From Mobula hypostoma (lineage: Eukaryota): a stretch of DNA of 64,000 nucleotides. Of this stretch, positions 38,060-50,926 are shown one piece after another. Below the pieces are notes generated by a model, which was not told the origin of the DNA, did not search any database, and worked only from the letters and a program-made list of their open reading frames with translations. How positions within the stretch are numbered: the first letter of the stretch is position 1; the number at the start of each line of letters is the position of its first letter. The stretch is from contig NC_086097.1 in assembly GCF_963921235.1 (NCBI RefSeq), positions 74,526,001 to 74,590,000 of the forward strand, given 5' to 3'. Made by a program: the position numbers and the translations under genes.

Positions 38060-41000
38060 ATCTCCTTCTGACAGTCAACCAGTTACTTGTGTCCTGCACC
38101 TTAGGTGTAATTACCTCCCTGTAAATCCTGTTGCTATATCCTTCAACCTCCCGAATGATCTGGAATTCATCCAGTCCTACCTCCAATTCTTTAACACGGT
38201 ATGAAAGAATCTGCAATTGGATTTACTTCTTGTGGTGTAGTCGTCAGGGACACTGGGGGTCTCCCTGCCTTCCTACATCCCTCAAGAGGAGCATTCCACT
38301 GTCCTGCCTGGCATCCCCACTGATTTATCTGTCCAAATAGAAAGAAAGGAAGAAAAATTAAACAAAAACACTTACCGTTTCCACCTCTACTCACTGATGT
38401 CTCTTTGAATCAAAGCCTGAACTCCCCAATCTAATGCTGTCCACTCCGACAATGGGTGATCCACGTAAACTTAACTTATTTTAATTGGTCCTTGCTAAGT
38501 ACCTAATTAGGTACAAATCAATGTCTGCGCAGGAACTGTAGTGCGCAGAATGCCCCAACTGCCGCTGATGGGCTCTTTTTAAGTCTCCCTCCTGTCTCCT
38601 TGGGAATTGTGGCACGCAGAACATCTGCAGAATTTAATGCAGTTGGTGAGATGGTGTCCTTACAAATCCATTCATTGCATGGCACATCTCCAGTGCAAAT
38701 GTTTCTGTTTCAGTACATAACCATGCATCCCAGAGCTGTACACTGCATACGTACTTTGATAATAAGTGTACTTTGAATCATTGAATTTTGCCACCCAAGT
38801 TAAATACCATACAGAAAAGTATTAGATCTTGATCAACATAATATAAATTCATAACATGGTCTTCCTTGAGAAGAAAGTGATATTCCATTAATTGGGAGGT
38901 TTATTCAAACTGGTCCATTCTTTTAAACTCACAAAGTTTTATTTTTGCAGACAACCAATCCTGAGGTCTATACAAATAACGAATGATTGTATGATACTTT
39001 AGCTTATTTTATTTATTATATGTTTCGAGGATGTCTTTCGCGTGAACACAGTTTCTAATGAATATAGTTTTCTTTTGTTTAACTGCAGATTATTTGTTGA
39101 AACCACAGTAATGATGCACTATCAATACACTTCTTGGATTCATGCCCTCCCAGTTTACAATCAGAGGGAAGCACTGACAGCCGTAGTTTGAATCAAAGGC
39201 TGATAGATTCATGAAAACCAACCAGAATAATAACCAGTAAAATTCAAACCACACCTGTAATAAATTTAAATAGATCCAAGAGATTGCTTTCAAAATTGTA
39301 ATCTACTTTCAGGGATTCAGATGATGTTTATGATTTGCTTGAGCTTCAGTCTTGCACTTTCTGTTATTACCAGACCCTCAATAAGATTACATCTTTCTAA
39401 TCACTTCTAAGTGACTATCATTCCATGTGTAAGATGAAATGCCAGTCATGTGGACCAATGTTTTAAAAACAATGGCTGCACCTGAATATTTAACTTTTGA
39501 TACCTTAATATCTATTTTACTACAATTTACATTTTGAACTGCTTTCAACTATTCCTTCCTTCAATTTTATCTTAAAAGATTAAAACTGTTCATTTTTTTA
39601 TGACTCCTGCAGCCTTTACAACCTGACACATTTTACATAAATACTATCACTTTTTCCTTGTAGTGACAGTAATCTTTCTCATTGAGCAAACTTTGCTCCT
39701 GGATAATAGGGTTGGATTACTGGGTCATCACTGTGGTGTTGCTTACTTACTAATAGTTTAATAGCTATATATATATAAAATCATGTAAAACTGTGAACTT
39801 GCTTGTATACACTTAATGAAGCATTCATGAGAGGCAATATAGCCATGATAAAAAAAAGAGGCTTAGCCTCCGCAAGCCAAAGTGACAAATGTATATTTCA
39901 TGTAGGTGCTCAAAATCAAATTGTGAACTAATGGGGTTAAGAATAGAATAAACGAGGAGCTTTTTTTGAAAAAAAAACAATCATTTACTGACTACCTTTG
40001 TAGCTATTGGCAAGCACTTACACATTCTTAAAATTATGCAACTAAGCAGAAATGCTCCTTTCTGAGTAGCCATGAAAACAAAAATGTAGTAAAGTTTCGA
40101 TGATGAGAACTTGGCATAGCTAAGAAATGGGCATAAAAGTATTACATGTCTGGTGTTTTCTTAATGTCCTGGGGACTCTGATCAGTATAAATTACCTGTG
40201 ACATCTCATTAATCCTCTTTTTCCTCACAAACGCATAATTAATGATAACATCGACAATAATATACAAATTAGGTAACTGATGGTTTATGGTGTTAGTTTT
40301 GATTAACATCACAAACCAAAAAATGACAGTAATGTAATGCATATCCCAAAAGGCAACAAGCACTTTGACCTAAGACATACATTTTTTTCACAATCCCAAT
40401 GATTAATCCTCTTCGGGATTAACAGAAGACAAAACACTGGCCAGTGGCAGTAGCATTGCTGCCTTGTCTCTGTAAAACAAACTGCCTGGATTATATTTTT
40501 TTAAAGGGATGAATCCTAAAATATATAAAAGCACTTCTTCATTTCCACTATTCATATTTTGTTGGTAACAAAATGATAGATACACAACAGAGTAACAAAA
40601 GCATTTTTCAATTCCTCCTTCAACTAATCTTACAACTGTATTAAAAGATAATAACATAATTACATGTCATGGGAAAGCATTGCAATTCAGTATTTTCTCA
40701 ACTGCAACGACATATTTGTTCCTCGAATCTTCACTTAGCTGGGATACATTTAATCTAAAACCAGTGCCCATAAAACAGGTCTCATTGCATTCCTACTTTA
40801 CCTCCTGTACTTGTATGGCTCAGACCTGGATCACTTTACTTATCTTAAATAGTAAATGTTATTTGATGTCCCTCAGTGCCTGTAATTCACCTCTCTAGCT
40901 GGCCCAGCAGTAAATTTAGCCCTCACTACAGTCAATTAAATGGTACACTTGAACAGTAAAAAGTATATACTTGGCTTCCCTCCCAGGACAAATATTGAGT

Positions 41001-42152
41001 ATATAATGTATTTTTACTCGATTTTTCATCATACATTAACACGTTAAAGCACAAGAGAGTGGCACAAAGTGACAGAACTTGAATTAACCCAATTCTAAGT
41101 GTGCTGGTGTGATGACTAAGAGCAGATTTTATTTCCACATTTTGCTGTATTCCATTTACTCTGAGAACTGTGCACACACCAGTTACAGAATAAAGACTCT
41201 GCCCCTCAACTCTTCTGTGCTTTATGTCAAACTTGCTGCATGCATTACGCCTCAGAAATTTATAAACTTCCCTAACAGTTCTTTAACACTCTAGTAAAGG
41301 TACATGTCTTGAACCACTTGTATTGTCAGTAAATAACAAATTAGGTTTTATATTTAAACCAAACATAACACCACAACTTTCGAAGTGTGAAGCTGGTTGT
41401 CAAAGTGAAATTTGACAATCTATAAAAACAAGATGGAAAGATTTATTTATAAAAGGAAACTTAGATTCAGGTGACCTCTATCAGTGAGTCCAGGAGTCAG
41501 TAACTACTACAAAACCCAACTGCATATACATTTCACTTCTGTGCTTTTATAAGCAATATCTACAGTATATGCCAAAAGTAAGACAGTATAATGAAATCAT
41601 TACATAGACAATAAAAGCCAGTAGGCCTAACTATAATAAGTGTAGTTGGTCTAGTCAGGTTACCACTTAATAGATCAAAGAGTTTCTAACTATATTTGTT
41701 TCTGGGATTTTTTGTGCACTGGATTTACGAAATGAATGTATTGTAAGCTAAAGCTGGAGAACAGACTTCTACCCCTTTGTTGTGGCTGAATACATGCTCA
41801 GTAAGAATTTGCATGCTCTCGAGAGCAATGCAAGTTTAATAACATAGATTCTGATGTGATGTTATGATTGTTGCTTATTTTTGTACGTCTGACATGTATG
41901 AAACACAGCAATAAAGACTGATTAGAATTTATTGCATTTCATTAATATGTGCGATCTGCCCTATGCAAACAATCGTGGAGAATTTCAACAGCACAGCAAT
42001 GAGTCTGTTTTAGTAAATCCTTATTTAATTTTCAAATTATTAGAATGCATACCAAATGAAAAGCCTAATTTAGACTTTTGATCATATAATCTAGATTTGT
42101 ATTTCAGAACAGTAGAGAGTGAGTGCTGCACTGTTGAAGGTATGGTACCATT

Positions 42153-42465
42153 TCAGAATCAGAATCAGGTTTATTATCACCAGCATGTGACATGAAATTC
42201 GTTAACTTAGTAGCAGCAGTTCAATGCAATACATAACCCAGAAGAAAAAAATAATAATAAATAAGTGAAGCTTATTCAGTATATTTTATACAGTACACAT
42301 ATATTGAATAGATTAAAAATCATGCAAAAAACAGAAATACTATATATTTTTTAAAAAGTGAGGTAGTGTCCAAGGGTTCAATATCCATTTAGGAATCGGA
42401 TGGCAGAAGGGAAGAAGCTGTTCCTGAATCGCTGAGTGTGTGCCTTCAGGCTTCTGAACCTCCTA
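42153..42465 (-). mobile_element. Rex1/Babar 3' end
   Basis: Reverse-complement similarity to 43385-43666 (CTGAAGGCACACACTCA..GATTCAG.AACAGCTTCTTCCC), with an (ATTCTG)n tail. Confidence 0.8.
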
Positions 42466-42854
42466 AACAGATATTAAAGCAACGCCCTATTGAAGTGTTG
42501 TGGATAAATAAAATTCCATGGCAATATTTGAAAATGGGCAGGGAATTTCATATAATATCCAGGACAACATTTATAATTCTTCAAGCAAACCAAAATAGAT
42601 ATTTTTGTGGAATCTTTCTCTGCAAGGATTGTTCGCTGTGTCTTCTAATATTATGTCAGGAATTTGACAGCAAAAGAACTCCATCACCTGTCATTCCCTG
42701 AGTCATCAGAAGTATTATATAAACATTATTTATTTTTTCCTATATTTAATTGCTGTTTGTCAGACCTCAGAAAATATAAATTGGCTGCTATTTTTGCCAC
42801 CATTACAGCTGATAATTTGAAAATTTTGTAATTAGATTAATTTGGTATGAATAA

Positions 42855-43045
42855 TAGTGATCACAAAGCTATTGGATAGTTCGGAAAGAAAACAACTTGA
42901 TCTTGATGCCTTTTAAGGATATACACCATCCATTCTTAGCACATCTGGCCTACGTCTGACTCAAAACCCATTGAAGTGATTCAGTAAGCCATTCTGTTCA
43001 TTGGAAAATTGGGAAGGAAAACAATTGCTGGCCTTATCAATAATT
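42855..43045 (+). mobile_element. Decayed SINE/LINE 3' fragment
   Basis: TCTGGCCTACGTCTGACTC..GGAAAATTGGGAAGG..TGCTGGCCTT resembles a repeat tail I recall as common in elasmobranchs; not verified. Confidence 0.35.
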
Positions 43046-43304
43046 GCTTGAATGCGAAGTTGTTGGGCTATCAAAGAAAGGACATAAATATAAATTGATT
43101 CTTTTAGTTATCAACTGTGGCAAGAATAGATTAGCCTGGAAGCACAAAAAAAACCTAAAGTTTCTCCGTGTGGATTACTTCCCAGATATTCCTGCCAAGA
43201 AATGTGATCTATACTGTTTGGACAACACTAGGTAAAATCATTGCTTGAAAATCCCCATCAGCATTAATCATTTTCATTGTTTTATCAGAAATGCTCACAA
43301 TGGG

Positions 43305-43666
43305 CGATGCCTCAAAAAGGCAGTGTCCATCATTAAGGACTCCCATCACCTACGGCATGCCCTCTTCCCATTGCTGCCATCAGGAAGGAGGTACAGAAGT
43401 CTGAAGGCACACACTCATTGATTCAGAAACAGCTTCTTCCCCCCCTGCCGTCCTATTTCTGAATGGGCATTGAACCCATGAACACTACCTCACTATTTTT
43501 CTACTTTTTTGCACTACTTACTTAATTTAACTATTTAATATTTATATACTTACTGTAATTCAGTGTTTTTTAACTCTATTATTAGGTATTGCATTGTACT
43601 GCTGATGCAAAGTCAACAAATTTCAAGGCATGTTCTGGTGATATTAAACCGGATTCTGATTCTGAT
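43305..43666 (+). mobile_element. Rex1/Babar 3' end
   Basis: Translates to RCLKKAVSIIKDSHHLRHALFPLLPSGRRYRSLKAHTH*FRNSFFPPAVLFLN, with tail AAACCGGATTCTGATTCTGAT. Confidence 0.85.
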
Positions 43667-45497
43667 CCTTTAGCAAAGATCCAGGAATTTACACCCCTTT
43701 AGGAACTGGAAAGACATAATGAAAAAGCTGGAAGCTAAACAAAGTGAATTGGGTCAATTTTAGGTTCTTTCCCATCATATGCATCCAGTTGCATGTCATG
43801 TTATTGTAAAACCCTCTATTGATATTCGCTTGTCCTGGTATATATGAAATGTACAGGCACCATTGTAACATTTATGACCAAAATACAAAGACTGGTGTCA
43901 GGAGTTATTTCATTCTTTTCTACTGCATTAACTGACAACTTGATTCAAGTTTCAATTTTCCTTCAGTTTGAGGCTCATTCCATAAATTGTTGAATCTACA
44001 CATATGCATTTTTATAAACACGTTCTAACTATGCCTTGGCATATATTCCACTGGCTGCATTGCTATTTTCTCCTTTACATTGTTATAGGTTGATTCCTGT
44101 GTTACATGCAAATCTTGTGATGTATGCCTTTTTGCCCAACCCTACCCATTGCAAATGGTAGGGTTTCTCCGTAAATCTTGTCCTTTTATTTGATGTGTCC
44201 AGCTGAGCAAGACGGCATGTGTTAGAGTTTCTGCATAGCTCATCTGGGTATTTATTCCCAAGGGAGGTTTTCCCTTTCTTCCGTGTTGTGCTGTGGGTGG
44301 TACATCTATCATTTCCTGTTCTGGAAGAAGCTAGCACACACATTACTAATGATTTTCGTTTCATTAGTTTTGCTTTGTTAGTTTTCCAACTGCTTGCTGA
44401 AAGCAAAGCTTTTTATATTTGTACAATTTCAGAAGTAACGTTGATACTACAAGAATTGGGTGAAATTGTTGCTGCATGCCATACAAATAAAATTGTATAA
44501 GCAGATTAAAATGAAAAATAAAGCTATGCGAACTTCAAGTTAAATTCTATGGAAATCACTGCTTATTTCTGAAGCTGGCAGCACTGTTGCTGACTACAAA
44601 ACATTTGAATTCCTGTTTACTTCTTCCCTTCATTCCTCAGTTAGCATCCAATTTTGCACCCCCGGCAACACAAACTGCAACCAAATGAATTACTCCATGT
44701 GATCCTATTTTAAATTATCAATTGGCTGTATGATTACAGGGCACATCTTTTACATCCTGCCTCTGTTTAAGTTTATAATGACCATAAACTATGAAATGAT
44801 TATGACCAGAAAGCCTGGTTGTTTTTCCCTTTTTGGAGCTTCTTTCACCACTTTCATATTACTTTTGATTCGTTTAATGCTTTATGCACATTAGACAAAT
44901 TATGATGCTTCCAAGCAGTTTTCTGCTGAATTAAGGCCTTCTTCCAACATCATTGAATTCACTACCAGTACTTTTTCCAAGCAGATTTTCACCAAAATCA
45001 TACCAGATTTAGGTTGACCAAAGAGATTCTAGTCACTGATGATCAATCTCTATATTGTCATATATCTTGCTAGCTTAAATTATTAAATTAGGTCAAGTTG
45101 TCTGTTAAACATAAAATCTGATTTGCTATATGAGGACAGTTCATATTATTCATAGAGTTAACTGAGACAGAAACCAACAAGCAGTTCCTTCATTATGGTT
45201 TTTATATTTGATTATTAAAATATGATACTATCCAAACGCAGTATTAAAATAAAATGATTTTATTTTGCTAATACAAACTAACTGGTTAAGACACTAACCT
45301 AACCTCTGCATCAGAGAAGTACAAGTATTTAATCCCAATAAAGCTATCAGAAGGGTTGAATATACTGAATGTATTTTTTAACTTGATACAAAATGGCCTG
45401 TTTTTTTTTGTAAGAAGGAACCATAGATTATACTTTGAAGAAATTTGACTGACCTGTGCATGCGATTCAAAAGTCTTGAAAAGATATTGAAAAGATA

Positions 45498-45511
45498 TCA
45501 CTAGGGGGCAG
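45498..45511 (+). promoter_or_regulatory. Candidate CTCF binding site
   Basis: TCACTAGGGGGCAG matches 13 of 14 positions of the CCASYAGRKGGCRS core, in unique AT-rich sequence. Confidence 0.5.
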
Positions 45512-46054
45512 TAACACGTCATGTACCTAAAGCCTGAGGCGGCTGCACTGATCGAACAAAGGGCTTTTCTCTCCCTCTCTGAAACTCAGAGCTAAGAGAA
45601 TATTATTAATTGCTTCAATGAGTTGTGTTTTCAGTCGTTTTCTTTTGATCAGTATAATGTTATAAATTGTGCAAAAATATGGAAGAATTCTTGTGAATCA
45701 TTATCATTACAATCACTCAGTCTCAAATTTATTAATCTCTTTTTCTTTAAATAGCATGAACATAGCTGGTTATCATTTTCAAACTCTTTATTTAAATTCT
45801 AAATTTTTTTGCTGGATTTTCACATTCTTCCTTAATTGTTTCTGGAATGTTCGTGTTTCCTCACATGCAATGCTTAATTGTAAATTAAGATAGTATCATG
45901 AAGAACAAAGTATTTTTTTCACTTGACATTTTGTCTCCTCTATGATTTTGGTTACTTACTACAATATGTGTTGAATACGAATCATATACTGTACACTAGA
46001 AGGAAAAAATGTCTCTTCTATAAAGTACAAAGTTATTTTCTCAGCTGGTGCTAA

Positions 46055-46193
46055 CTCATTATACCATTTTTGCTTTATTTATTTTTTGTAGTTTATAGAA
46101 ATTTTATGTCTTTGCACTGTAGTACTACCACAAACAAAAAAAGTCACATCATATAAATCAGTGATGATAAATCTGATTTTGATTCTGATTCTG
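46055..46193 (+). mobile_element. Short Rex1/Babar-type 3' tail
   Basis: TTGCACTGTAGTACT..GTGATGATAAATCTGATTTTGATTCTGATTCTG. Confidence 0.6.
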
Positions 46194-48438
46194 TTTAGCT
46201 AGTGATTTCACTGATAGTTGCTGCAAGGGAAACTTGGAACGTAAGTTTACAACAAAAAGTACTATTGTATATAAGTGCAAATTTATTTTATGAAAAATGC
46301 AAATATATTCCAAAAGATGGAGTTATATATTGTGGACGGATACTTTGAAATGATTGATAAGATAAATTATTTTATTTGTAAAATGTCCAAATTTTCTTGA
46401 ACCCAGATTGTTTTGAATACTTTGCTGAGTAGTACTACTTTTAAATTATCTTTTTTCTCATTTATCCATAAAAAGTGTACATTGTGAAAGAATTCAGCAG
46501 CATCCAAGTATCAGTAGCTTAAAAGCATGGAATTTGTTCATTTACTTTAATGGGAAATGGAAGGTAGTCTGGGTTTATGTTATTGCCAAGTGTATTTACA
46601 AAGTTAAGATTACAAAACAGCTCAAATTGCTATTAAGTAGCTTGCGAAACCTAAACATTATAATAAAAGAGAAAGTGCAGTGGTAAGAATGGGATTTTTA
46701 CCTTGATTAGCCTTGCTTTTTACCTGTCATCTTGATTCTTTGGCAACAAAAAAGTTGCTGATAAAGCTCATGGGAGGGTTTATAGCAGTTCACATCAGGT
46801 CAAGGTTTCAACCTGCCATCAGATTCTTCATACAGCAAGAACAAACCATAGCAGAGATTAGTGTAGTCTTAACTCCTTTCTGAAGGATTTTCTGTTTACA
46901 TTTTAATCATTCTCTGTCTTACCTCTGCCCTAGAGTGCAGTCTAGAGTGCAAGAGCTTGAGCCAGTATACCCATATTTACTTAAAGAAAAGGAAACCATA
47001 TTTATATTCCATTTTAACTGTTCCTTGCCAGCAAGAAGAATAGAGAGGTGAAAAACAACACATTAGTAATAGATTTTATTCCAGCTAGAATATGAGATTC
47101 GGGTAAAAATAGAAAGAGTGAAGTCTTTAATACTTTTTACCGGTTTCGGGGTATCTGATCAATTCTCACTTTTATCTATGTGTGGAGGTATTGGGTGTGT
47201 GTGGGGGGGGTGAATGTTAATGCATCGTGATTATTTTTAAATTTTATAAACCCATGTTTGAAAATGCCTGTAACAATGCAATTAAGTCTCTTTAAAGAAT
47301 GCATATGAAGTGAATTTGGTAGTTTTAAGCCTCAACCTAAAGCCTAGGGTGTTGTAAAACATCATAGTAGTACTCAGAGGGAGGAAAATAATTTGTAATA
47401 TTCTGGACCCATTCTGATGCTGCACTATTGGACTGAAGTTAAATATTAGGTACATGTTTGAGACTTTTTAAAATAAACTATACACTTGGACTGTGCTGTT
47501 GAGTGGAAGTTCTGATACCAGTACTAAAAGGCATCAAGTGGAAGGGTGATCCATATTTCAAAATATTCTTGATAAGCACAAAATTATTTCCTTTGTACTC
47601 TGTAACAACTTCAAGTGTTTTAAGGCCAACAAAAGCACATTAAACATCAATGATTCTGTGTCATAAGGTCATACTTTCTTACAAATGACTCATTGGAGAA
47701 AAGAAGACATTATCCAAGCCTTTTAAATGGTGAGTGACAGTGTAATCAGATTATTGAACTTGCACTGTACATATGGATGAAATTAACAAGCATCACATAA
47801 AAATAGAGATTATGAAAAGAGTTTCTTCAAGAATTTTGAGTGATAAAGATTTTCTTATCTACAGCAGTTGCTCTTTGATTGGATAACTATAAAAAATCTA
47901 AAAAGACATTTGGTTAGCAATGGAATTGAAATTATAGAGATAGTAATAAAATTAAGTAATCAATTAGTTCACAGAGTACTGTAATTTCTATCACCATCTG
48001 TAGCAAACAACTGGTCTGTTCTCAGTAATGGTGCTAAAACAGTTTCTTGTGTACTATGGTCTGATCCCCATGAAAAGGAATTTTAAATTGATTGTACAAA
48101 GAGTGTGCTTGTTATGTACCGATATCTCCTCATTCAGTATATCATTATGCAGGATTTTCTCAAAGTTTTCTCAAATATGCTTGACGTACCAACCACAAAA
48201 ACACTTTTTCAGTTTCATTCAGCTCTATTTCCCTTAGAAAGGTTAATGAGTTTGTGTAATGATTATTTTGAAATAACATAGTCACTAACTTTTAAGTTGG
48301 CACCACCCAGATTTACTACACAGGAAGCTTTAAGAGATATCAGAAACAAAATAAGTCTTCTTCTAGTCAGGGTTAGAAGTAACCCAAGTACCAAGGTAAA
48401 ATATAACATCTAACCCACTGTGCTATCAAGCAAGTGTT

Positions 48439-48465
<27 letters not shown>
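48439..48465. repeat. (TA)n microsatellite
   Basis: About 13 uninterrupted TA units. Confidence 0.95.
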
Positions 48466-48471
<6 letters not shown>

Positions 48472-50519
48472 GACACTGTCTCTTCTAACTGCATGCATAG
48501 AAATTGTATTTTAAGAAAACCAGGTTGTAGTTATATGACCTCAGTTAATCATCACAAAACAAAAATTTCAAATGCAATTTGATAATGAGCACAGTGCCTC
48601 CAGGATATTAGAAATTGATAGCAAACTCAGAATGTGGTATGTTTGTAGGCAGAAGCAATCAGAGAAATTCATGACTCAATAAATCTAGACTTATTAAAAA
48701 TGCAGTTTTAGAATTTATTTATATTCAACGTGCAATATGCACAGCACATCTTGCTTACAAACATATTGAGGTATAGCTTATGATGAGCAACTTATGGTGC
48801 CTTTGGAATCTAATTATCAATTTGCTTCACAAACAGTGAGAACTCTAGCATAGCATCACGTTGATTGCAGACAATGATGTGGAATTGAATTCCTACTTTC
48901 CAGCTGTTAGATGGGGTAAGAGGTTAATTTTGAGTCTAGAAGGCCGTTATAGTCTGTTGTTTAAAGCCATTTATTGTATAAACTGTTTTACTTCATTCAA
49001 ATGAATCAATAACATATTATTCATATTCAAAGAAGGCTGTTCCAAACATTGGCAAATTCTTAACACAAAATGGAAATATATCATTTGCAAACTTTTATTG
49101 TACCATTTTGCCTGTCTTCAAATTTTCAGATTGAAAACAATTAAATTAGGTGCAGAGTAAATAAGAGATAGAAATGAACTATTATATTAAATCATTCAGA
49201 GGGTAAAAATAAATATCATGTTGATATCTAAAGGATTACTTTCGAGTATATATATAAACCAATGATGTTGAAAGATGATTTATACCAAACTTGAGCAACT
49301 ATTTTTTATTCCTTGCTTTCATGGGGGCCGCATTATTTTTACACTTAATGCTTCTATCCCCTGAGCTTTTCAGGATTACTTGATTGACGTTATTTTTAAA
49401 ATGAGAGAGTAAGGCAATGATATAGCTCTCCTCCTAAATACAGCATGTGCCATAACCTGAGTCATGCAAATTACACTGGTACTTTCAGATGACTAAGATT
49501 AATGAGAATGCACCAAGGTCTTTGTTTCTCTATTTGACTGTTTAGTGTGAAATACAATCCTAAAACATTATCTATCATCTATTAATCCCAGAATTGTGTT
49601 CACAACATGCAACACACATTGTTTGGGGCAATATACAACAGTAACATACTGAGCACAATTGCATTTAATTACTTTGATTCTAATTACATTCACCAAAGAC
49701 TAATAAAATAAATGAGACAAGTGGCTCTTTAAAAAAAGCTTCTGCAATACACATGTGCCAGTCTTGGGCTGGGAAAGTGATGTCAGTGATGGATTTATAA
49801 ATGTTACAATTATTGAAACCATTCAGAAATTAAATTCTGAATTTTTATTAATAAATTTAGAACATATATGAATTGGAACAATACATAATCACTGCCAAAG
49901 AAAGGAACTACCTTAATTGTTAAATATGAATTTTTAAATTCAAAGCAACTTAAAGTAATTTAGAATCAAAACATTAATGCTTACACATGGAAAACACTAT
50001 TAATTTGCAAAAAATTAGCAAAGTATTCATTAATTTGCATGAGGTTTTATATATTTTATTTTAAACCCAAAACAATCGTGTATTATATTTTTTTAAAATC
50101 TTAGCTCCTTTCAAACACTGCCCAGCCTAAGCAGAAACAAAGCAAAGCGAAACATACAAGTCTGCACTGATAAAGTGACTCCGTAGGAAACTAAATGCAG
50201 CTGGCTGAACCAAGTCACCATGTCATCTACATCTCCCTACAAGTTGCAATCAAAATTCACTGTATGTTAAAGGCACCCTGTGCTTGAGCCCTAAAAAACA
50301 TGCAAATGATTGCCCTCCCTTGTTAGATTATCTGTGAAATTATAAGAGTGGATGGCAAAGATTTTTCTCTCATTAGGTAAAAGCACATTCACAAGAGATC
50401 TAATGGACCCTCATGTTGTCTTTAAGGTATGGCTTTGAATTCAAATAGGTTTACAACATATGTGAAGAAAATGTAAGTAGTGTTATTCTATTACCCTAAA
50501 TCTTGAAGCTTTTTGACCA

Positions 50520-50870
50520 GTACAAAGGAGGCTATTCAGCCTACAAGGTGCATGTTGGCTCAGTGAAAAGCAAATCATCAGTCCCATTCCCCATTGTCTT
50601 GCATTTTATTCTCTTTCAAATGCTGATCCAACTCTCTTTTGAATGCATTGATTGATTCTGCTTTCATCACTCCTGTAGGCAGTGAATTTCAGATCATTCC
50701 TATCTTGGTGCAAAAATAAAATGCTCTCATAAATCCATTTTTGCAAAATTTTAAATGCTTGAACTCTGATCCTCAAAGCATCCACCAATGGGAGCAGCTT
50801 CTCTCTACTGCCAACTCAGTCATAATCTTAAACACATCAATCAAATCGCCTCTCAGCTTTCATTTCATGT
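50520..50870 (-). mobile_element. Old CR1 3' tail fragment
   Basis: GGAGGCTATTCAGCC..., AGGCAGTGAATTTCAGATC and TCAAATCGCCTCTCAGC resemble the other minus-strand CR1 3' ends. Confidence 0.6.
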
Positions 50871-50926
50871 GTTTAAGTCATGCATTAAACAGTCAAAGGC
50901 ATTCTTTGCAATCTTCTTTGTCTGAA

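Larger units (their letters stand above)
34535..38400 (-). mobile_element. Long decayed CR1 (ORF1 N-terminus to 3' tail) with two nested insertions
   Basis: ORFs 34539..34868 (RGNFFT..VVRVLN.LP), 36468..36686 (DKSPEPD), 36966..37328 (GSSDHN), 37579..37761 (SRSIVGKADE..ISEVWL) and 37896..38216 (RVKELE..WLTVRR). Confidence 0.9.

Noticed and set aside
39060..39200. Plus-strand coding exon after a good acceptor (TTTTGTTTAACTGCAG)
   Set aside because: No convincing donor, the frames close quickly, and the peptide is unrecognisable.
44138..44165. 12-bp hairpin with GCA loop as a Helitron 3' end or terminator
   Set aside because: No downstream CTRR terminus on either strand; too short for a pre-miRNA; bacterial terminators are irrelevant here.
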